A stretch of DNA of 64,000 nucleotides from Rhizomicrobium sp. Its GTDB lineage: Bacteria > Pseudomonadota > Alphaproteobacteria > Micropepsales > Micropepsaceae. The stretch covers positions 26,644-90,643 of the forward strand of contig DASZQP010000073.1 of assembly GCA_035549575.1 (NCBI GenBank). Reading direction: 5' to 3'. The notes under the pieces are model-generated. The model ran no database searches and was not told the origin of the DNA. It saw nothing but the letters and a program-made list of their open reading frames with translations. Both the position numbers and the translations under genes were made by a program. This document shows positions 18,629 through 27,528 of this stretch, in pieces (position 1 is the first letter of the stretch; the number at the start of each line of letters is the position of its first letter).

Positions 18629-19371
18629 CCGGCACGGTGCGCATCGCCATGTGGTCCGGGCCTCGCAACATCTCCACGGCGATGATGCGCTCCTTCGGCA
18701 ACCGGCCCGACACGGCGGTCGCCGACGAGCCTTTCTATGCGGCGTTTCTAAAGGCCACCGGCATCGATCATCCGATGCGCGCGGAATCGATGGCCTCGCA
18801 GCCGACCGATCCGGACGAGGTCGTGCGCCGGATACTGGGTCCCGTGCCCGGCGGCAGGGCGGTCTGGTACCAGAAGCACATGACCCATCACATGGTGAAG
18901 GGATTTCCCATGGACTGGGTCGCGCAAATGCGCAACGCCTTCCTCATCCGCGCGCCGGAGGACGTGCTCGCCTCCTATGTGCGGAAGCGCGGGGAAGTGA
19001 CGCTGGACGACATCGGGTTCGCGAGCCAGGCGGCGCTGTTCGACCGCGAGGCGCAGCGCCTCGGCCATGCGCCGCCGGTGATAGAGGCGGACGACGTGCT
19101 CGCCGATCCGCGCGGAACGCTGGGCGCGCTCTGCGCCGCCCTCGGCATTGCCTTCAGCGAGCGGATGCTGTCCTGGCCGGCGGGAAGGCGCGACACCGAC
19201 GGCGCGTGGGCGCCGGTCTGGTATGCCTCGGTCGAGCGCTCGACCGGATTTGCCGCACCGCGCGCGGCGGTGTCTCGCGGCGAACTGCCGGCGCATCTCA
19301 GGCGCATCGCCGACGCCGCGCGTCCCCATTACGAGCATCTGCGCGCGTTCACGCGCAAACCCGCCAGGTGA
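18625..19371 (+). CDS. P-loop, sulfotransferase-fold-like protein of unknown function
   Basis: ATG 18625 overlaps the aminotransferase stop (ATGA). N-terminal IAMWSGPRNISTAMMRSF resembles a PAPS 5'-phosphosulfate-binding loop. 248 aa. The assignment is tentative. Confidence 0.55.
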   Translation: MTGTVRIAMWSGPRNISTAMMRSFGNRPDTAVADEPFYAAFLKATGIDHPMRAESMASQPTDPDEVVRRILGPVPGGRAVWYQKHMTHHMVKGFPMDWVAQMRNAFLIRAPEDVLASYVRKRGEVTLDDIGFASQAALFDREAQRLGHAPPVIEADDVLADPRGTLGALCAALGIAFSERMLSWPAGRRDTDGAWAPVWYASVERSTGFAAPRAAVSRGELPAHLRRIADAARPHYEHLRAFTRKPAR

Positions 19372-20350
19372 CCGCGCCGTCGGCGCAATCCGTGTGCAGG
19401 CTCAGCGTGCGATCATGGGCCGCGAGCGCGCCTTCCCACAGCGCGTTCCAGGAAAGGAACGCAAGGCCCGGATCGGCAGCCGCCACGCCATCCATCAGCC
19501 GCCAGCCCTGCTGCACGACGGTGTCGCCACTGCGCGCCACCTGCTCGCCCTGGGCGGACTGCATCGCTTCGAGATAGGATGCGAAGGAATCCGCGCCGAT
19601 CATCGCCGCGGTCTCCTCGTAGAATTGAAGGCCGATCAGCCGCGCCGTGCGGGCGACCAGCGCCATTCCGTCCCCGGCGCCGAACAGATCCTGCATGACC
19701 GGCAGGAGCGACCGCACATATTCCATCGCATAGGATCGTTCGACCTTGCGCAGCCTCTGCTCGGGCCAGCTTTCGCTGTCGAGCCTGGGCGCCGCCGCGG
19801 GATCGAATTCCGGCATGCGCTCGCCCGGCGCAAAGTGCACGCGTTCGTCGGGCCGCAGGTCGCGGTCGTACTCGAGATAGTAGCCCTCAAGCCCGGCATC
19901 GCCGAGGACCGTCTGGCCCGTGCAGACGAATCCCAGGCGCGGATTGCCGAGAGACACGCCGTTGTGACCGTGCCAGCCGTGCAGCATCGCTTCGTTCACC
20001 GCGCGCGGAATCGCGCAGATCGCCGTCCCCTGCCAGATCCAGCGCGGCGGGGGATAGCGCACCCAGGCCTTGCGGCCGGATTGGGCGACGTATTGCGTCT
20101 TCACGCCGCCGAGCGCGTTCGAGAAATAGTGATATTGCGCGCACGCGACCGCGTCGGGCAGGCCGTCCAGCCCGAGCTTCCTCAGGCCCGGAAGGAATTT
20201 CTCGAGGTGCTGCCGCCGGAAATGCGCGAATACGAATCTGCGCGCGTCGCCGGCGCCGCGCTGCGCGACGAGGGTCAGCACGAGGCCGGTCATGAGCGCA
20301 TTGTAGAGGCGCGAGACGGCGCGATAGGCCCCCGCGGTCCGGTCCGGCAT
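19349..20350 (-). CDS. hypothetical protein
   Basis: Coherent ORF. Start chosen at ATG 20350, preceded by AGGAGG at 8 nt (MPDRTAGAYRAVSRLYN...). No family recognised. Its 3' end overlaps the convergent gene by 23 nt. Confidence 0.6.
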   Translation of the reverse strand: MPDRTAGAYRAVSRLYNALMTGLVLTLVAQRGAGDARRFVFAHFRRQHLEKFLPGLRKLGLDGLPDAVACAQYHYFSNALGGVKTQYVAQSGRKAWVRYPPPRWIWQGTAICAIPRAVNEAMLHGWHGHNGVSLGNPRLGFVCTGQTVLGDAGLEGYYLEYDRDLRPDERVHFAPGERMPEFDPAAAPRLDSESWPEQRLRKVERSYAMEYVRSLLPVMQDLFGAGDGMALVARTARLIGLQFYEETAAMIGADSFASYLEAMQSAQGEQVARSGDTVVQQGWRLMDGVAAADPGLAFLSWNALWEGALAAHDRTLSLHTDCADGAVTWRVCA

Positions 20351-20579
20351 CAAATCCGTCCTCCTGGCTTCGTTAAGCATACCGTCAGGTTCGGTCCGCG
20401 ACACGTTCATGTGAGGACAACCTTTGATAGAATTTACCGCGAACGCCAAAATCCAGATTTGCGGGATGCGGAGTTTCGCGCGCTGCGTGCCAAAGAACTA
20501 ACAGCATCGAAAGATTCTGCGGCGATGATCCGCGCCGGATCCGCAAATCCCGTGGCATTGTGATCGCATCGGAGGGGAC

Positions 20580-21641
20580 ATGCACGCCGCGCTGGGGCTT
20601 ATCGAGGCATTCTACGGAACGCCCTGGACCTGGTCCATGCGGGCCGAGACGATCGGCTTCCTCGCAGCTCACGGTTACCGCTTCTACTACTACGCGCCGA
20701 AGGCTGACCCCTTCCTGCGGGAGCGCTGGCACGAGGACCATCCGCCGGAAGCGGCGGAAGAGCTGCGCCGCCTCGGCCGCATCTGCCGCGAGCGCGGCGT
20801 GCGCTTCGGCGTGGGCCTGAGCCCGTACGAAATCTACAGGGACTTCGACCGCTCCGCGCGCGGGGCGCTGGCGCGAAAGATCTCGTTCTTCGCCGACATC
20901 GGCGTCGAGAGCCTCGCCATCCTGTTCGACGACATGAAGGGCGATCTGCCCGGGCTCGCCCAGGCCCAGACCGATATCGTGCACTGGATCGTCGAGCGTT
21001 CGACCGCGGATCATTGCGTCGTGTGCCCGACGTACTACTCCGACGATCCGGTTCTCGACCGCTTCTTCGGCGCCCGCCCGGAGCACTATCTGGAGGAATT
21101 CGGCGCACGTCTCGACCCGACCATCGACATCTTCTGGACGGGCGAGGAAGTCTGCGCGCGGGAATACTCGCCCGGCCATCTTCAGCGCATCGCGCGCCTC
21201 ATCGGCCGCAAGCCGTTCCTTTGGGACAACTACCCCGTCAACGACGGAAGGCGCATGTCGCAGTTCCTTCACCTGCGCGCCTTCACCGGCAGGCCCGCGT
21301 CGATCGCGCCCTATATCGCGGCGCATGCGGTCAACCCGGCGCTGCAGCCGGTGCTCACGCGCATTCCGGCGCTGACTCTCGCGGAGAATTACGCGAAGGG
21401 CGAAGACTACCAGTACGGTTTCGCCTTCGCGCGCGCGGCCGAGGCGGTCGCCGGAGCCGAGCTCGCGCAGCGCATCCGCACCGATCTCGCGCTGCTTCAG
21501 GACACGGGACTGGATCGCCTGGGAACGGCGGAGGAGGGGCTCCGCGCGCGCTATCGCGATTTCGATCATCCCGCCGCCCGCGAAATCCTCGCATGGCTGG
21601 ACGGGGCCTACCGGCACGAAGGCGAGTTGGCGGGATCGTAG
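20580..21641 (+). CDS. GH84-like beta-N-acetylglucosaminidase (O-GlcNAcase-like), no signal peptide
   Basis: LIEAFYGTPWTW (compare GH84 IEGFYGxPW) and ILFDDMKG, which contains the catalytic Asp-Asp pair position; 353 aa. Confidence 0.72.
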   Translation: MHAALGLIEAFYGTPWTWSMRAETIGFLAAHGYRFYYYAPKADPFLRERWHEDHPPEAAEELRRLGRICRERGVRFGVGLSPYEIYRDFDRSARGALARKISFFADIGVESLAILFDDMKGDLPGLAQAQTDIVHWIVERSTADHCVVCPTYYSDDPVLDRFFGARPEHYLEEFGARLDPTIDIFWTGEEVCAREYSPGHLQRIARLIGRKPFLWDNYPVNDGRRMSQFLHLRAFTGRPASIAPYIAAHAVNPALQPVLTRIPALTLAENYAKGEDYQYGFAFARAAEAVAGAELAQRIRTDLALLQDTGLDRLGTAEEGLRARYRDFDHPAAREILAWLDGAYRHEGELAGS

Positions 21642-21681
21642 CAATGCGCTATGCGGGGCGGATGAACCCACGAAGCCGCCC

Positions 21682-22665
21682 ATGAAGCGCACCGGTCTCG
21701 TCGCGGACGCCGGCGGAACCAACATCCGCTTCGCGCTGATCGACCTCGACCGTCCGTCGGGCGGATTGCTTGCGCCCCGGAAGTTCGTCTCCGCGAACTA
21801 CGCGCGCATCGAGGACGCCGCGAAGGCCTATCTCGCCGCACAGGAGGGCTCCGCCGCGCCGGAGGGCGCGGTCATCGCGGTGGCGGGCCCCGTGAGCGCC
21901 AACGCGATTGCCATGACCAATCTCGGCTGGCGATTTTCGGGAGCCGCGCTGGAGCGGTCCCTCGGCATCGGCCGCGTGCGCCTGATCAACGATTTCGAGG
22001 CGATCGCGCTTTCGCTTTCCTCGCTTGGCGAGGGGGATTTGCACGACATCGGAAACGTGCCGCCCGTGCCCTCGCAGGCGCGCGAGACCGCCGCCATCGT
22101 CGGCGCGGGAACCGGCCTCGGCGTCGGAGGCTATGTCCGCGACGGCGACAGGTTCGTTCCTCTCGTCACCGAGGGCGGTCATTCCGATTTCGCGCCGGCC
22201 GACGACACCGAGGCGGAGGTGCTGAGGATCCTGCGAGGGCGCTTCGGTCATGTCTCGGCCGAGCGGGTCCTTTCGGGTCCGGGGCTCGTCAATCTCCACG
22301 AAGCGCTGGCGCTCGTCGAGGGCCGGCAGGAGGAACCGCGCAAGGCGCAGGCGATCACGCAGGAGGCGCTCGCCGATCCGGCCTGCTTCAGCGCAAGGGT
22401 GCTTTCGCGCTTCTGCGCGATGTTCGGTTCCCTGGCCGGCAATGTCGCACTCGTGATGGGCGCGCGTAAGGGCGTGTTCGTCGCTGGCGGAATCGCGCCC
22501 GCGATCGCCGGTTTCCTCGCGGCGAGCGAATTTCGCGCCCGCTTCGAATCGAAGGGACGCTTCGGAAACTACATGAAGGCGATACCGACCAGGATCGTCC
22601 TTCAGGAATATGCGGGCCTGCTGGGCGCGGCGGCATCGCTGCGGGCCGCCGCCGCGGACAGGTGA
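21682..22665 (+). CDS. glk: glucokinase
   Basis: LVADAGGTNIRFALID N-terminal ATP motif and typical Glk length (327 aa). Confidence 0.92.
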   Translation: MKRTGLVADAGGTNIRFALIDLDRPSGGLLAPRKFVSANYARIEDAAKAYLAAQEGSAAPEGAVIAVAGPVSANAIAMTNLGWRFSGAALERSLGIGRVRLINDFEAIALSLSSLGEGDLHDIGNVPPVPSQARETAAIVGAGTGLGVGGYVRDGDRFVPLVTEGGHSDFAPADDTEAEVLRILRGRFGHVSAERVLSGPGLVNLHEALALVEGRQEEPRKAQAITQEALADPACFSARVLSRFCAMFGSLAGNVALVMGARKGVFVAGGIAPAIAGFLAASEFRARFESKGRFGNYMKAIPTRIVLQEYAGLLGAAASLRAAAADR

Positions 22666-24737
22666 CGGAGATGGCGCGCTCCATCCGCGGTGTGCTCGTC
22701 GCGGCAGTCGCGGCCGCCGCGCTTAACGCATGCACGCATGCGACGCAGAAGGAGGAGGTGGCGGCCGTGCAGCCCGTGAGCGAGCCCGAGGAACCCGGCG
22801 TCGTCCATCCCGCGCTTTGGCCCGCCGGCGCGAGCGGCGTGGGGCGCGACGCGGCCATCGACGCCGAGGCTGCCCGCCTGCTTTCGCAGATGACCACGGA
22901 GGAAAAAGTCGGTCAGACGATCCAGGCCGACATCGCCTCGGTGTCGCCGCAGGACGTGCGGACCTACCATCTCGGCGCGATCCTCAACGGCGGCAATTCC
23001 GGTCCCCACCGCGACGACCGCGCCCCGCCCCCCGCCTGGCTGAAGGCAGCCGACGAATTCTTCGAGGCTTCGCTTCCCGCGGCGCCGGACCGGCCCCGCA
23101 TCCCCGTCATATGGGGAACGGATTCGATGCACGGCAATTCGAACATCGCCGGCGCGACGATCTTCCCGCACAACATCGGGATCGGCGCGGCGCGCGATCC
23201 GGAACTCGTGCGCGAGATCGGCCGCATTACCGCGATAGAGACCCGCGTCACCGGCGCGGACTGGGTGTTCGCGCCGGTCGTGGCGGTCGCGCGCGACGAC
23301 CGCTGGGGCCGCACTTACGAAAGCTATTCCGAGGATCCCGCGCTGGTGAGCGAGAACGCGGCGGCGCTGGTCGAGGGGCTTCAGGGAAGGCCGGGCGATC
23401 CGGACTTCCTGCGCGGCGGGCACGTCATCGCGACGGCGAAGCATTTCATCGGCGACGGCGGCACGGACAGGGGCAGGGACCAGGGCGACACGCTCGCCGA
23501 CGAGGCCACGCTGCGCGATCTCTTCGCGCCGCCCTACGAAGCGGCGATCGCCGCCGGCGTGCAGGCGGTCATGGCCTCCTATTCGAGCTGGCAGGGCCGG
23601 AAGCTGCACGCGAACCGCCCTCTCCTGAGCGATGTACTCGTCGGACGCCTCGGCTTCGACGGCATCGTGGTGGGCGACTGGAACGGATATGCGCAGGTGC
23701 CGGGCTGCAGCTTCGTGAGCTGTCCCGCCGTCTACAACGCGGGGATGGATCTCGTGATGGCGCCGGACAACTGGCGCGGCCTCTACCGGAACACGCTGGC
23801 GCAGGTGCAGTCCGGCGAAATCCCGATGGCACGGATCGACGAGGCCGTGTCGCGGATCCTCAGGGTGAAGCTGCGCGCCGGCGTGATGGATGCCGGCCCG
23901 CCCTCGACGCGCCCCTATGCGGGTCGCTGGGATGAGCTCGGCTCGCCCGGGCATCGCGCGGTCGCGCGGCGCGCGGTACGGGAATCGCTCGTGCTGCTGA
24001 AGAACGACGGGGCGATCCTGCCGCTCGCTCCCACGCTCGACGTTCTCGTCGCCGGCGACGGCGCCGACGACCTGGGCAAGCAATGCGGGGGGTGGACGAT
24101 CTCCTGGCAGGGCACGGGCAATTCGCGCGCCGATTTCCCGGGCGGCCAGACGATATTCGAGGGCATCCGCGAGCAGGTGCAGGCGGCGGGCGGTACCGCC
24201 ACGCTCAGCGCCGACGGAAGCTATTCGCGCAAGCCCGACGTCGCGATCGTCGTCTTCGGCGAGAATCCCTATGCGGAGTTCCAGGGCGACCGCGACGATC
24301 TCGCATTCCGCTCCCCCGATCTCGAGACGATGCGCGGCCTGCGAGCGAAAGGCGTGCCCGTGGTCGCCGTCTTCCTTTCGGGGCGGCCGCTCTATGTGAC
24401 GAGGGAGATCAACGCTGCAAACGCCTTCGTCGCCGCGTGGCTGCCCGGCTCGGAAGGCGGCGGCGTGGCCGACATGCTGTTTCGCCGGGCCGACGGCACC
24501 ATCGCCTACGATTTCCGCGGCCGGCTATCCTTTTCCTGGCCGCGCGCGCCCGGTCAGACCCCGCTGAACGTGCCGCGCCCGTCCGATCCTCCCGAGGTCC
24601 GGGCGGCCTACGATCCGCTGTTCGCGTTCGGCTACGGTCTCGACTACGCCCATCCCCGCGATCTCGGCCCGCTGCCGGAGGCCGGCGGAAGCACACAGGT
24701 CGCGGCGCGGGAGACTGCTTTTCGTGCCATGCGGTGA
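22662..24737 (+). CDS. GH3 beta-glucosidase / glucan exo-glucohydrolase, probable lipoprotein
   Basis: GTG 22662 overlaps the glk stop (GTGA). Signal plus lipobox-like AAALNAC. GH3 motifs KHFIGDGGT and VVGDWNGY. 691 aa. Confidence 0.88.
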   Translation: MTEMARSIRGVLVAAVAAAALNACTHATQKEEVAAVQPVSEPEEPGVVHPALWPAGASGVGRDAAIDAEAARLLSQMTTEEKVGQTIQADIASVSPQDVRTYHLGAILNGGNSGPHRDDRAPPPAWLKAADEFFEASLPAAPDRPRIPVIWGTDSMHGNSNIAGATIFPHNIGIGAARDPELVREIGRITAIETRVTGADWVFAPVVAVARDDRWGRTYESYSEDPALVSENAAALVEGLQGRPGDPDFLRGGHVIATAKHFIGDGGTDRGRDQGDTLADEATLRDLFAPPYEAAIAAGVQAVMASYSSWQGRKLHANRPLLSDVLVGRLGFDGIVVGDWNGYAQVPGCSFVSCPAVYNAGMDLVMAPDNWRGLYRNTLAQVQSGEIPMARIDEAVSRILRVKLRAGVMDAGPPSTRPYAGRWDELGSPGHRAVARRAVRESLVLLKNDGAILPLAPTLDVLVAGDGADDLGKQCGGWTISWQGTGNSRADFPGGQTIFEGIREQVQAAGGTATLSADGSYSRKPDVAIVVFGENPYAEFQGDRDDLAFRSPDLETMRGLRAKGVPVVAVFLSGRPLYVTREINAANAFVAAWLPGSEGGGVADMLFRRADGTIAYDFRGRLSFSWPRAPGQTPLNVPRPSDPPEVRAAYDPLFAFGYGLDYAHPRDLGPLPEAGGSTQVAARETAFRAMR

Positions 24738-24848
24738 GATTGCGGCCGTTTTGCGATTGCGGACGGCGCGCGGGCGATGAATTGTTCCCCCGCCGGATCC
24801 GGTGGGGGCAGGTACGGCGCGAAACCAGACCCAGCGGGATCGAGCCAC

Positions 24849-27440
24849 ATGAAATCGCTATTCGCCATGACGTCACTGGTCGCGGGCCTTGCGGTCCACG
24901 GCGCCATCGCCGCAACCCGGATCGTCCTTCCGGCGAATGTCGTGCCTTCGCACTACGATATCGCCATCCGCACCGACGCGGCGCGCCTGCGGTTCACCGG
25001 TTCGGTCAAGATCGACATCGTGGTGAGCCGCCCGGCACGGACGATCACGCTGAACGCGGCCGACCTCTCCTTCCGCCGCGCCGTCCTGTCGGACGTGCGG
25101 GGCGAGCCGGAAATCTCCTATGACAAGGCAGAGGAAACGGCGACGCTGACCTTCCCCGCCCCGGTCGCTTCCGGGCATCACGTTCTGACCATCGACTATG
25201 CGGGGAGGATCAACCGGCAGGCGGCCGGCCTTTTCGCGCTCGACTACGCGGGGGCGAAAGGCGACCGCCGGGCGCTGTTCACGCAGTTCGAGAATTCCGA
25301 TGCGCGGCGCTTCATCCCCTGCTGGGACGAGCCGAACCGCAAGGCGACCTTCACGCTGACCGCCACCGTGCCGGCCGGCCTGATGGCGATCTCCAATCAG
25401 CCGGTGGCGATGACCGACAGCCTGCCGGGCGGCCTCAAGCGGGTGGTGTTCGCGACCTCTCCCAGGATGTCGTCCTATCTCCTGTTCTTCGGTCTGGGCG
25501 ATTTCGAGCGCGTGTCGCGCAAGGTGAACGGTGTCGACATCGGTGTCGTGCTCAAGCGCGGCGATGCCGCCAAGGGGCAGTTTGCGCTCGATGCGGCGGC
25601 GCAGATCCTGCCCTTCTACGAAAACTACTTCGGGGTGAAATATCCGCTGCCCAAGCTCGACCTTATCGCCGGGCCGGGGTCCAGCCAGTTCTTCGGCGCC
25701 ATGGAGAACTGGGGCGCGATCTTCTATTTCGAACGGGCGCTCGAGATCGATCCGAAGCTGTCCACCGAAGCGGACCGTCGCCGCGTCTATATCGTCATCG
25801 CGCACGAGATGGCCCATCAATGGTTCGGCGATCTCGTCACAATGGACTGGTGGGACGATCTCTGGCTCAACGAGGGCTTCGCCTCCTGGATGGAGATGAA
25901 GGCGGCCGACCGCTTCCATCCCGAATGGAATGTCTGGCTGGATGCGGTCGAATCCAAGGAGGGCGCGATGCAGCTGGACGCGCGCGCCGGCACCCATCCC
26001 ATCGTCACGCCGATCCTCGACGTGCTGCAGGCGAGCGAGGCGTTCGACGGCATCACCTATTCCAAGGGCCAGGCGGTGATCCGCATGCTCGAGAACTACA
26101 CCGGCGCCGATGCCTTCCGTGCGGGGGTGCGCAACTACATCAGGGCCCATGCCTACGGGAACACGGTGACGGACGATTTGTGGCGGGAGATCGACAAGGT
26201 TTCGCCGCGGCCCATTACCCGGATCGCGCACGATTTCACCCTGCAGCCGGGCGTGCCGCTGATCTCCGCGGCGGCGGACGGCAGCAATATCCGGCTGAGC
26301 CAGGGCCGCTTCGCGATGGATGACAGCGCGAAGATGTCCCTGAGCTGGCACGTGCCCGTTCTGGCGCTCGCGCCGGACGCCAGGGACGTCTGGCGGGGCG
26401 TCGTGACGGCGGCCGCACCGGCTTCGCTTCCCGGCAAGGCGGGCACCGTCGTCAACGAAGGTCAGGCGGGCTATTTCCGCACGCTCTACGACGCCACGCT
26501 GTTTACCGGCCTGATCCACGGCTTCGCCCGTCTGCCGGCGGCCGATCAGCTGGGACTCGTCAACGATACGCTCGCGCTGGGCTATTCGGGGTACGAGCCG
26601 CTCGGCGATTTCCTCGGTCTGGCGAACCAGGCCGATCCCGCCATGGCGCCCCAGGTGCAGAGCGCGATCGCGGCCAGCCTTGCCGCGATCGACGATCTCT
26701 ATCGCGGGCTTCCGGGGCAGGCGCGATTCCGGGTCTTCGCGCGCAACCTGCTGGCGCCGCTGTTCGCGGCGGTCGGCTGGGACGCCAGGGCTTCCGACAG
26801 CCAGAACACGGCGTTGTTGCGCGCGAGGCTGCTCGCGGCCCTCAGCCAGTTCGACGACCCTGCGATCGTGGCGGAGGCGCGCAGGCGCTTCGCGTCCTAT
26901 CTGAGGGATCCGTCCCATATCGCGCCGGACGTGCGGCACAGCATGCTCGCCATCGTCGCCCGCCACGCGGACGCGGCGACTTGGGACAAGCTCCACGCGA
27001 TGGCGCGGCAGGCGACGGACACGCTGGAGAAGCGGGAGCTCTACGAGCTGCTCGGCACCGCCAAGGACCGCAAGCTGGCGGAGAAGGCCCTCGCCCTCGC
27101 GCTCACCGGCGAAGTGGCGATCACGACGCGGCCGACGATCCTGCGCAGCGTGAGCGGCGAGTTTCCCGGCCTGGCGTTCGATTTCGCGAACGGTCATCTC
27201 GGTGTCGTGAACGGCTGGCTGGAAACCGACAGCCGCAACCGCTTCGTCCCCAGCCTGGCGGGAAATGCGCACGATCCCCAGCTTGCCGCGAAGGTGAAGT
27301 CCTTCGCCGGCGCTCACATTCCGCCGACGGCCAGAAGTCCCGCGGTCAAGGCCGAGAGTGCCATCCGGTTCAACGCGCGGGTGCGCGCCGAGCGATTGCC
27401 CGAAGTGGACCGCTGGCTGTCCGCCCAGCACATCCAATAG
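24849..27440 (+). CDS. pepN: M1-family aminopeptidase N with signal peptide
   Basis: GAMENWG exopeptidase motif; HEMAHQWFG...WLNEGFA zinc site. Start at ATG 24849 gives the signal MKSLFAMTSLVAGLAVHGAIAA. Confidence 0.9.
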   Translation: MKSLFAMTSLVAGLAVHGAIAATRIVLPANVVPSHYDIAIRTDAARLRFTGSVKIDIVVSRPARTITLNAADLSFRRAVLSDVRGEPEISYDKAEETATLTFPAPVASGHHVLTIDYAGRINRQAAGLFALDYAGAKGDRRALFTQFENSDARRFIPCWDEPNRKATFTLTATVPAGLMAISNQPVAMTDSLPGGLKRVVFATSPRMSSYLLFFGLGDFERVSRKVNGVDIGVVLKRGDAAKGQFALDAAAQILPFYENYFGVKYPLPKLDLIAGPGSSQFFGAMENWGAIFYFERALEIDPKLSTEADRRRVYIVIAHEMAHQWFGDLVTMDWWDDLWLNEGFASWMEMKAADRFHPEWNVWLDAVESKEGAMQLDARAGTHPIVTPILDVLQASEAFDGITYSKGQAVIRMLENYTGADAFRAGVRNYIRAHAYGNTVTDDLWREIDKVSPRPITRIAHDFTLQPGVPLISAAADGSNIRLSQGRFAMDDSAKMSLSWHVPVLALAPDARDVWRGVVTAAAPASLPGKAGTVVNEGQAGYFRTLYDATLFTGLIHGFARLPAADQLGLVNDTLALGYSGYEPLGDFLGLANQADPAMAPQVQSAIAASLAAIDDLYRGLPGQARFRVFARNLLAPLFAAVGWDARASDSQNTALLRARLLAALSQFDDPAIVAEARRRFASYLRDPSHIAPDVRHSMLAIVARHADAATWDKLHAMARQATDTLEKRELYELLGTAKDRKLAEKALALALTGEVAITTRPTILRSVSGEFPGLAFDFANGHLGVVNGWLETDSRNRFVPSLAGNAHDPQLAAKVKSFAGAHIPPTARSPAVKAESAIRFNARVRAERLPEVDRWLSAQHIQ

Positions 27441-27463
27441 GCGCGGAGGCGGAGACAAAAGGA

Positions 27464-27516
27464 AACGGGCCGGACTTTCGTCCGGCCCGTTCCGTCTCGG
27501 GGCGGAAGTCCCGCCC
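27464..27516 (-). terminator. twin hairpins between convergent pepN and the kelch-like gene
   Basis: AACGGGCCGGAC-TTTC-GTCCGGCCCGTT (12-bp stem, 27464-27491), followed on the minus strand by TTCCTTTTG. A second 6-bp hairpin, GGGCGG-AAGTC-CCGCCC, lies at 27500-27516. Confidence 0.6.
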
Positions 27517-27528
27517 GCGAATATCGTC

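Noticed and set aside
24788-24809. Hairpin CCCCCGCC-GGATCC-GGTGGGGG downstream of the GH3 gene
   Set aside because: The stem is imperfect (one G-U pair), there is no U-tract, and it lies inside the possible 5' region of pepN. This is too weak to call a terminator.
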